Source: Verrucomicrobiota bacterium (GTDB lineage Bacteria; Verrucomicrobiota; Verrucomicrobiia; Verrucomicrobiales; DEV007). Taken from it: a DNA stretch of 51,401 nt. Position 1 is the first letter of the stretch. Every line of letters begins with the position of its first letter. Under the pieces are notes generated by a model. It was not told the DNA's origin. It ran no database searches and was given only the letters and a program-made list of their open reading frames with translations. This document shows positions 44,260-51,401 of the stretch, in pieces. Location of the stretch: positions 1-51,401 of the forward strand of contig JASFYY010000058.1 of NCBI GenBank assembly GCA_045046875.1, in the 5' to 3' direction. A program made the translations under genes and the position numbers.

Positions 44260-47241
44260 ATGCAGCGCATAAAACTTCCCGCCCCCCAACTACCCATTCA
44301 TTTCCTGCCCTTCCTCATGGCGATCACTCTCGCCACCACCGCCCTGCTCACGGCACAAGAAGCTCTCCTGCCGCCCGAACAAGCCGCCGCAAGCATGCAG
44401 GTACCCGAAGGGTTCTCCGTCAGCTTGTTTGCTGGCGAGCCCGACCTCAAACAACCCATCGCCTTCTGCATTGACGACCGTGGACGCCTGTGGGTCGCCG
44501 AGGCCAACAACTACCCGGACAAAAAAGCCGGCCTCAATGACCGCATCCTGATCTACGAAGACAGTGACAACGACGGCCGCTTCGACAAAAAAACGGTCTT
44601 TTACGATCAACTCGAATACGTCACTGGCATCGAAGTGGGTTTTGGTGGCGCCTGGGTGATGTCACCGCCGAATTTCTATTTCATCCCCGACCGCAACGGT
44701 GACGACATCCCTGACGGCAAACCGGAAATCCTGCTCGACGGTTTTGGCACCGCTTTCAACGCCCACAATATCGCCAACGGATTCTCCTGGGGCCCGGACG
44801 GTTGGCTCTACGGATGCCATGGCCGCACCAACTGGTCCTTACCAGGCAAACCCGGCACACCGGAAAAAGACCGCACTCGTTTTGACGGCGGTATCTATCG
44901 CTACCACCCCACCCGCCACGTCTGGGAACCCTTTTCCGACGGCACCACCAATCCCTGGGGTATTGACTTCAACGACTACGGTCAGGCCTTCACCTGCAAC
45001 TGCGTCAATCCCCACCTCTTTCACATGATCCAAGGAGCCCACTACGATCCATGGCGCAATCGTGAATCCAGCCAGTTTGCCTATCAACGCATCCAGTCCA
45101 TCGCCGATCACCTGCACTACGCCGGCAGCTCACACACCCTGAACCGTGGCACCCGCACTGAGCTGGAAGTTGGTGGTGGCCACGCCCACTGCGGCACGAT
45201 GATCTATCTCGGCGGCTCGTGGCCAAAAAAATACCGCAACACCGTGTTCATGAACAACACTCATGGTCGCCGGATGAACAACGACATCCTGCGGCGACAG
45301 GGCTCCGGTTACACCGCCTCGCACGGTGGCAACCTGCTGGTCTCGCAAGACCCCTGGTTCATGGGAGTGACCATCCGTTACGGCCCCGACGGCTCCGCTT
45401 TTGTCAGCGACTGGTCGGATACCGGAGAATGTCACAGCATCAAAGACACCCGGAAAAACACCGGCAGATTATACAAAATCACCTACGGGGAAAAACAAGC
45501 GCCCAGCGAAGATTTGAGCCAAAAAAGCAATTCTGATTTGGTCTCCCTGCAGTCCCACCAAAATGACTGGTGGGTTCAACACGCCCGCCGCCTGTTACAG
45601 GAACGTGCCGCCACGGGTCAAGACATGCAAAGTGTTCACCTTCAACTGCGTGAACTGCTAAATCAAAACCCCGACCCTACCCGTCAACTGCGCGCCCTGT
45701 GGGCCTTGCACGTCACCGGAGGGGCTGATCCAACCCTGCTGACTGATTTGCTCGACCATAACAATGAATATGTCAAAGCATGGGCGATTCAACTGCTCAA
45801 CGAAAAATCCACTGCCCCGGCAAAAGCACTGAGCAAGTTCGCCTCGCTCGCCGCCAGTGATCCCTCCCCCTTGGTGCGGCTCTACCTCAGCAGCGCCCTG
45901 CAACGCCTGCCTGCAGAACAACGCTGGCCGATCATCGCCGCCCTGGCCGCTCATGGTGAAGACGCCGATGATGCCAATCTTCCGCTGATGCTCTGGTATG
46001 GGACCGAACCGCTGATTCACAACGATCCCGCACGTTTTATCCAAATCATCAAACAAGCTCGCATCCCCCTGATCCGCCGCCACATTGCCCGACGGGCCAG
46101 TTCACAAATCCCGGTCAAAGCGAAGTCAGCACTTAACGAGCTGCTTGTTTTACTCAAAAGCAGTGATACAAACACCCGCATCGACATCCTCACTGGCATC
46201 AACGAAGGACTGGTCGGTCGGTCGCAAGTCCCCATGCCATCTGAGTGGAGCGGGATCTACCCGGGTTTATCAAACAGTAAAAGCTCCCCATTACGCGAAC
46301 AAGCCACCCTGCTGGCTCTGACCTTTGGTGATGGCGCAGCTCTCTCCAATTTGCGCAAACTGGCAGCGGACACCGCAGCCGATGAAAACATTCGCCGGCG
46401 CACAATCGAAGCTCTGGTGAAAAACAAGGATGAAAAGCTACCCCAATTGCTGATCACTCTGCTCAAAGACCCCGCCACCCGCCAAAGCGCGGTCAAAGGA
46501 CTGGCCAAGTATGATCATCCACAAACCGTTACCTCCATCATCGCCGCCTACCCCGGCTTTGACCCTGCCTGCAAACAAGATGCGGTGCAAACCCTCGCCT
46601 CGCGCCCTCAATGGGCTGAGCAATTGCTGCAACAAATCCAGCAGCAACAAATCCCCAAAACAGACATCCCCGCTTTCACCCTGCGCCAGATGGCCGGTTT
46701 CAAAAAAGCACCCATCGATCAAGCGATCAAAAAAATCTGGGGACAAGTGCGCCCCACCGCCAAGGACAAGGCTCGCCTAATCGCTCGTTTCAAAAAACAA
46801 TTCACCCCGGCGGTGATCGAAAAAGCCGACCCCGCAAACGGCCGTTTGATGTTCCAACGCAACTGCATGGCCTGCCACCAACTTTTTGGTGAAGGCACCG
46901 AAATAGGGCCCGACCTCACCGGCTCGGATCGCCGCAATCTCGATTACGTGCTTGAAAACGTGATCGATCCCAACGCCTTTGCCGCCAAAGATTACCAGAT
47001 CACCACCATCGAAAGCAAAGACGGACGACTGATCACCGGCATGATCAAATCAGAAACTCCCAACGCCGTCGCCATCCAGACCCTCAACGAAGAACTCATC
47101 ATCGCTCCCAGTGAAATCAAATCCCGCAATGCTTCCCCGCTCTCCATGATGCCCGAAGGCCTCGTCACCACCATGAGCAACGAACAATTTCGCGACCTGA
47201 TCAGTTACCTAGCCAGCGACCACCAAGCCCCCACCAAATAA
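44260..47241 (+). CDS. PVC-type heme-binding CxxCH protein (membrane-bound dehydrogenase-like propeller + HEAT-like repeats + cytochrome c)
   Basis: VPEGFSVSLFA.EP, D.RGRLWV.E, WGPDGWLY, NPWG.DF, GPDG...VSDW, RLRALWAL repeats, CMACH, IGPDLTG, SMMPEGL. Start may be ATG 44317. Confidence 0.88.
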   Translation: MQRIKLPAPQLPIHFLPFLMAITLATTALLTAQEALLPPEQAAASMQVPEGFSVSLFAGEPDLKQPIAFCIDDRGRLWVAEANNYPDKKAGLNDRILIYEDSDNDGRFDKKTVFYDQLEYVTGIEVGFGGAWVMSPPNFYFIPDRNGDDIPDGKPEILLDGFGTAFNAHNIANGFSWGPDGWLYGCHGRTNWSLPGKPGTPEKDRTRFDGGIYRYHPTRHVWEPFSDGTTNPWGIDFNDYGQAFTCNCVNPHLFHMIQGAHYDPWRNRESSQFAYQRIQSIADHLHYAGSSHTLNRGTRTELEVGGGHAHCGTMIYLGGSWPKKYRNTVFMNNTHGRRMNNDILRRQGSGYTASHGGNLLVSQDPWFMGVTIRYGPDGSAFVSDWSDTGECHSIKDTRKNTGRLYKITYGEKQAPSEDLSQKSNSDLVSLQSHQNDWWVQHARRLLQERAATGQDMQSVHLQLRELLNQNPDPTRQLRALWALHVTGGADPTLLTDLLDHNNEYVKAWAIQLLNEKSTAPAKALSKFASLAASDPSPLVRLYLSSALQRLPAEQRWPIIAALAAHGEDADDANLPLMLWYGTEPLIHNDPARFIQIIKQARIPLIRRHIARRASSQIPVKAKSALNELLVLLKSSDTNTRIDILTGINEGLVGRSQVPMPSEWSGIYPGLSNSKSSPLREQATLLALTFGDGAALSNLRKLAADTAADENIRRRTIEALVKNKDEKLPQLLITLLKDPATRQSAVKGLAKYDHPQTVTSIIAAYPGFDPACKQDAVQTLASRPQWAEQLLQQIQQQQIPKTDIPAFTLRQMAGFKKAPIDQAIKKIWGQVRPTAKDKARLIARFKKQFTPAVIEKADPANGRLMFQRNCMACHQLFGEGTEIGPDLTGSDRRNLDYVLENVIDPNAFAAKDYQITTIESKDGRLITGMIKSETPNAVAIQTLNEELIIAPSEIKSRNASPLSMMPEGLVTTMSNEQFRDLISYLASDHQAPTK

Positions 47242-47248
47242 CCAATTA

Positions 47249-47276
47249 TCCTACCTCCTACCTCCTGAATCCTTCT
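47249..47276. repeat. Heptamer array between convergent genes
   Basis: TCCTACC TCCTACC TCCTGAA TCCTTCT. Confidence 0.65.
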
Positions 47277-49175
47277 TCACCCCCTTCGCTGAAACGACTC
47301 AATCGCTTCATACTCAGCCATGCCCAACTGATCGTAACGTTTCGCCGTGGTCTGATTCCGACCTCTCGAATCCAGCTCATCCTGACTGATCGACTGGAAT
47401 TTACGAATCGCCTCACTTTTAAGTTCCAACTGCTCGGGGCTCATTGGCACCGCCATGTCGATCTCATAGGAATTCATTTCGCTCTCTTTACCGCGATACA
47501 ACCAAACCCGGCAATCGCCCACCCAGCTTTCATCCTTAAAGCGCTCAAGCGCATCTTCAATCGAGCGATAACAAAGCGTCTGCAAAGCAGAGGGATCCGC
47601 CAAATGACCGGTAGCATAAATCTGATGAGGTTGATATTCCTCCAGCAAAGCCGCAGTGCAATCCACATCTTCATCGGTCATCTGAAACTGACGGTAACGG
47701 CCTTTTTCATAAAAGGGCAGATCCTGAAAAACCACCGCCTCCGATTCCAAACCACAAACCAGTGCCGCATCGCGAACCTCCCCACGCAAAATCAAAGCTT
47801 TCAAGCGTTTAACATCTTCCGAGTCATCTCCAAATAAGCCCTTTTCCTCCAGTTGTGCCAACACCTGACTGGCATATTCCCCCCCTGCAGAGCTGGTATT
47901 ATCTCCAATGACCTGAGCCATTTCCTGCAACACCGCAGCAAACTTTTGCGCCGCCAAATCAGGCACCCGAAGGCTACCCGAAGTTTGCACCGCCAACTTC
48001 ACTTCATGCCCCTGCTCAACCAACCTATGAATGGTGCCACCAAGAGACATCACTGCATCACTGGGCTCAGGACTGAAAATCAACACCCGCTTAGGGTGTG
48101 GCTCGGCGCGTTCCGGACGTTGGGTATCATCAGTTCCCGGTTTGCCACCGGGCCAACCGGTGATGGTGTGTTTCACCAAATCAAACACACTAATGTTCAC
48201 ATTATAAGCGCGCCCACTCGCGGTGAGGATTTCACCCGCACCACTTTCATTATAATCCTCATCAACCAAGCGCAGAATAGGTTTTTCAAAACGATGCGAC
48301 AACCAGGTGACCGCACGTTTGATCATTTTGCGATCCCATTCCACCGAACCCACCAACCAAGGCAAATGCATGCGCGTCAGTTGTGAAGACGCCGCTTGGT
48401 CCACCAAAAAAGTCGCATTGTCATGCTCTTGCAAGAAACTCGCCGAAATCCGATCCGTCACTTTGCCTTCCACCGCCTGCTGCACAATTTCAGCCTTATT
48501 GCCACCCCAAGCCATCAGCACCAAGCGCTTGGCCCCCAGAATCGTGCCCACCCCCATAGTGATCGCATGACGTGGTACATGCGCTTCACCCAAAAAGTCG
48601 GCCGCAGCATCACGACGTGTGATGCGATCCAAAGTAATCATTCTCGTTCGCGAATCCCGTGACGAACCCGGCTCATTAAAACCAATATGTCCGGTCCGAC
48701 CAATACCAAGAATCTGCAAATCAATACCACCTGCCTCTTCTATCCGCTTTTCATAATCCAGACAGGACTCATACACCGCATCCAGTGACACCGTGCCGTC
48801 AGGGATATTGATATTCTCTTGCGGAATGTCGATGTGATCAAACAACTGCTCCCGCATGAAGCGGTTGTAACTCTCACGATGATCAGGCGCCAGACCATGG
48901 TACTCATCGAGATTAAAAGTGATTACATTTTTAAAGCTCAACCCCTCCTGCTGATGCAAACGAATCAGCTCCTTGTAAAAAGGAACCGGAGTCGAACCTG
49001 TCGCCAGCCCCAAAACCACGTTTTTATTCTCGCCCTGTCGTTGACGGATCAGATCCGCAACCTCTGCGGCGAGTTGACTGCAGCCCGCGCTGGAGTCTTT
49101 CACGATCACCGTACGAGTTTTCTCGTAAAGTTCTTTTTGTGTCTGTTGTTTGCCTGGTGAATCGAGTATGCTCAT
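47277..49175 (-). CDS. nagB: Glucosamine-6-phosphate deaminase, long form fused to a degenerate LmbE/PIG-L-like domain
   Basis: VLGLATGSTP, TFNLDEY, GGIDLQILGIGRTGHIGFNEPGS, AITMGVGTI, SFLQ.H; C-terminal ITGWPGGKP and LGMAEYEAIE of the long NagB type. Confidence 0.93.
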   Translation of the reverse strand: MSILDSPGKQQTQKELYEKTRTVIVKDSSAGCSQLAAEVADLIRQRQGENKNVVLGLATGSTPVPFYKELIRLHQQEGLSFKNVITFNLDEYHGLAPDHRESYNRFMREQLFDHIDIPQENINIPDGTVSLDAVYESCLDYEKRIEEAGGIDLQILGIGRTGHIGFNEPGSSRDSRTRMITLDRITRRDAAADFLGEAHVPRHAITMGVGTILGAKRLVLMAWGGNKAEIVQQAVEGKVTDRISASFLQEHDNATFLVDQAASSQLTRMHLPWLVGSVEWDRKMIKRAVTWLSHRFEKPILRLVDEDYNESGAGEILTASGRAYNVNISVFDLVKHTITGWPGGKPGTDDTQRPERAEPHPKRVLIFSPEPSDAVMSLGGTIHRLVEQGHEVKLAVQTSGSLRVPDLAAQKFAAVLQEMAQVIGDNTSSAGGEYASQVLAQLEEKGLFGDDSEDVKRLKALILRGEVRDAALVCGLESEAVVFQDLPFYEKGRYRQFQMTDEDVDCTAALLEEYQPHQIYATGHLADPSALQTLCYRSIEDALERFKDESWVGDCRVWLYRGKESEMNSYEIDMAVPMSPEQLELKSEAIRKFQSISQDELDSRGRNQTTAKRYDQLGMAEYEAIESFQRRG

Positions 49176-49282
49176 AGTATGCTTTTACGCGATCACGTTA
49201 TATACAAACCCTTGCTCTGACAACACAGAACCTCATATTTGAAAACGATTTATTCCTTGCCCTCCTATACCGACACCTTTTC

Positions 49283-50722
49283 ATGAAAACACTCCACTCA
49301 CAGCTCAAACAAATTTTCTATCCCCTGTTTTCCGCAGCTCTTTTATTATCCCCCACCTTCACCCAAGCGGCACTGACCCAGCCCAACTTCATTGTCATTT
49401 TTGCCGACGACCTTGGATACGGCGATCTCTCCTGTTTTGGCCACCCCACCATCACCACCCCCAATCTTGATCAAATGGCCGCCGAAGGTCAGAAGTGGAC
49501 CAACTTCTATGTCGCCGCCTGTGTCTGCACCCCCAGCCGCGCCGGGTTACTGACGGGTCGCCTGCCGATCCGCAACGGTATGTGCTCGGACAAACGCCGC
49601 GTGCTCTTCCCCAACTCGGCTGGCGGCCTGCCGCCTTCCGAAATCACCATCGCCAAATTTCTTAAACAAAAAGGATACCAGACCGCAGCCATCGGCAAAT
49701 GGCATCTGGGGCATCTGCCTGCCTACCTGCCCACCTCCCATGGTTTTGACTCCTACTACGGCATCCCCTATTCCAATGACATGGATCGCATCGTCAAAGG
49801 TTCCAATATCGACCTCGCTAACAAAGAAGATTACAAAGCCTACGACCTGCCGCTGATGCGCAATACCGAGGTCATCGAACGCCCGGTCGACCAGCGCACC
49901 ATCACCCGCCGCTACACCGAAGAAGCAGTCAAGTTCATACGCCAGGCGCAGGCTAAAGGAGATCAAGCCAAACCCTACTTCATCTATCTCGCCCACAACC
50001 TGCCGCACGTACCCTTGTTCCGTTCCACCAAATTCAAAGACAGCAGCCTGGCCGGCATCTACGGAGACGTGATCGCGGAAATCGACTGGTCGGTTGGACA
50101 GGTCATGGCAGCAGTCAAAGAAGCCTCGGAAAAATCACCGCAGGCGCAAACCTACGTGATCTTCACCTCCGACAACGGCCCCTGGCTGACTTATAAAACC
50201 CACGGGGGCTCAGCCGGTCTGCTGCGTGACGGCAAAGGCTCCACCTGGGAGGGCGGCATGCGCGAACCCACCGCCATGTGGGCCTGGCCCAAGCAGTTGA
50301 AAAGCGGAGTGGTTCAGCAGATGGGCAGCACCCTCGATCTGCTGCCTACCTTCGCCGGTTTGATTGGCGAAGAAGTTCCCAGTGACCGCACCTACGACGG
50401 CTACGACCTCTCACCCGTGCTGCTCGGCACCGGTCCCAGCCCGCGAAAGGAAATGTTCTACTACCACGGCGAGCAACTGTTTGCCGTGCGTTCAGGGCAA
50501 TACAAAGCCCACTTTAAAACCAAAACATCCTACGTGAAAGGCCAGAAAATGGTCGAACACAATCCGCCTCTGCTCTACCACCTCGGACACGACCCCAGTG
50601 AAAAATACGATATTGCCAAAGATCATCCTGATATCATCGAACAAATCAAAAAACTGGCTGAGCAGCACCGCAAAGGCATCAAACCCGTCGAAAACCAACT
50701 GACAAAAAAAATCGCAGATTGA
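49283..50722 (+). CDS. Sulfatase (Cys-type, arylsulfatase A/GALNS-like), secreted
   Basis: Signal peptide, PNFIVIFADDLGYGD, CTPSRAGLLTGR, GKWHLG, YYGIPYSNDM, TSDNGPW, WEGGMREP. Confidence 0.93.
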   Translation: MKTLHSQLKQIFYPLFSAALLLSPTFTQAALTQPNFIVIFADDLGYGDLSCFGHPTITTPNLDQMAAEGQKWTNFYVAACVCTPSRAGLLTGRLPIRNGMCSDKRRVLFPNSAGGLPPSEITIAKFLKQKGYQTAAIGKWHLGHLPAYLPTSHGFDSYYGIPYSNDMDRIVKGSNIDLANKEDYKAYDLPLMRNTEVIERPVDQRTITRRYTEEAVKFIRQAQAKGDQAKPYFIYLAHNLPHVPLFRSTKFKDSSLAGIYGDVIAEIDWSVGQVMAAVKEASEKSPQAQTYVIFTSDNGPWLTYKTHGGSAGLLRDGKGSTWEGGMREPTAMWAWPKQLKSGVVQQMGSTLDLLPTFAGLIGEEVPSDRTYDGYDLSPVLLGTGPSPRKEMFYYHGEQLFAVRSGQYKAHFKTKTSYVKGQKMVEHNPPLLYHLGHDPSEKYDIAKDHPDIIEQIKKLAEQHRKGIKPVENQLTKKIAD

Positions 50723-50735
50723 TTCACTTCCAGCT

Positions 50736-51302
50736 TTGAACACTCCTGCCCACGGCATCCTCAACCTGATCGTTCTCGATCACTCCAAAGGAACAAAAAG
50801 CCTCACTCTGCCCATTGCCCTCGGAGCCATCCTCCCCGAGGCCCCCATCCTGCTTTTTTGGTTTGTCCAAAAAATCGTCCTCTCCAAACCGGAGGCCTTG
50901 ATCTGGGCCATCCTGCATGACCGTCCAGCCTGGCAATTGTCGGTAGATCTGCTCAACTCCATTCCCATCGTCATCGTCGCGCTGCTGATCAGTGCCGGGA
51001 TGAAACACCCCTGGTTAACCGCATTATTCGCCAGCATGGGACTGCATTTACTCTGCGACCTCCCTTTCCACGGCAAAGAAGCACTGGACCACCTGCTATC
51101 CTTCAATCATTGGCAATTTGAATACTGCATCTCCTACCGCGAATCCGCCACCGGCGAAGCCTGGTATTATTTCAGCGAAATCATCTTCCTATTACTCGGC
51201 ACCATCTACCTGCTACGCAAAAAGACCACCCCCACCCGCATCGCCGCCGCCCTCTTTGCCACCACCTACACCCTCAGCCTACTATACGCCTGGACCCCCT
51301 AA
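50736..51302 (+). CDS. Hypothetical membrane protein (membrane-bound metal-dependent hydrolase-like)
   Basis: TTG start; MNTPAH, GAILPE, HLLCDLPFH motifs; several hydrophobic helices. Confidence 0.7.
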   Translation: MNTPAHGILNLIVLDHSKGTKSLTLPIALGAILPEAPILLFWFVQKIVLSKPEALIWAILHDRPAWQLSVDLLNSIPIVIVALLISAGMKHPWLTALFASMGLHLLCDLPFHGKEALDHLLSFNHWQFEYCISYRESATGEAWYYFSEIIFLLLGTIYLLRKKTTPTRIAAALFATTYTLSLLYAWTP

Positions 51303-51309
51303 CAAATTA

Positions 51310-51333
51310 GGGGTCAGGCAACAATTCTTGACA
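51310..51333 (+). repeat. GGGGTCAG...TTGACA REP-like element
   Basis: GGGGTCAGGCAACAATTCTTGACA (GTCA/TGAC inverted core) directly upstream of a RAYT-like N-terminus. Confidence 0.45.
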
Positions 51334-51356
51334 AATGTATATTCCCAGGGAAAATC

Positions 51357-51401
51357 GTGCCTAGAGATAGGCGGAGAATCTTGCCCAATAATTCAACATT
51401 C
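51357..51401 (+). CDS. Partial (5' end only): possible REP-associated tyrosine (Y1/HUH) transposase
   Basis: GTG-initiated frame MPRDRRRILPNNSTF open to the window edge; resembles the MPRxxR...Y/F-H start of RAYTs. Only 15 codons are visible. Confidence 0.4.
   Translation, partial: MPRDRRRILPNNSTF

Noticed and set aside
44127..44297. N-terminal extension of the ATP-grasp ORF (SIESAISIESA, TADHTDFTD)
   Set aside because: It is the translation of the intergenic 18-bp duplication and triad arm, and it overlaps the divergent gene.

Overview
51.4-kb bacterial chromosomal segment with a PVC-superphylum, most likely Verrucomicrobia, gene content (DUF1501, PVC-type CxxCH heme protein, DUF6797, several Cys-type sulfatases). 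This assignment is inferred from gene families. Left to right: (1) a tandem array of at least four secreted paralogues sharing a ~220-aa N-terminal module fused to different C-terminal domains (FGE-sulfatase/C-type-lectin fold x2, beta-propeller, RCC1-like), with a MITE-like insertion just upstream; (2) SDR, UxaA-family dehydratase, FAH hydrolase, arylsulfatase; (3) DUF1501 and sseA; (4) a ~13-kb LysR-associated block of three DUF3604 PHP-like metallohydrolases (one frameshifted), three predicted outer-membrane barrels, an arylsulfatase, DUF2092 and a DUF6515-like protein; (5) a DUF6797 cytochrome c protein and hemE-hemN-hemG; (6) lactonase, DUF3179, DUF2007, tandem alpha/beta hydrolase, D-2-hydroxyacid dehydrogenase; (7) an SseB-like gene bracketed by inverted repeats; (8) an ATP-grasp/M20 peptidase/cupin operon; (9) a PVC heme-binding dehydrogenase-like protein, a long nagB with a degenerate deacetylase domain, a third sulfatase, a membrane protein and, at the right edge, the probable start of a REP-associated tyrosine transposase. 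Intergenic DNA carries several short repeat families. No rRNA, tRNA or CRISPR array was seen. Family names come from motif recognition by eye, not from database searches.
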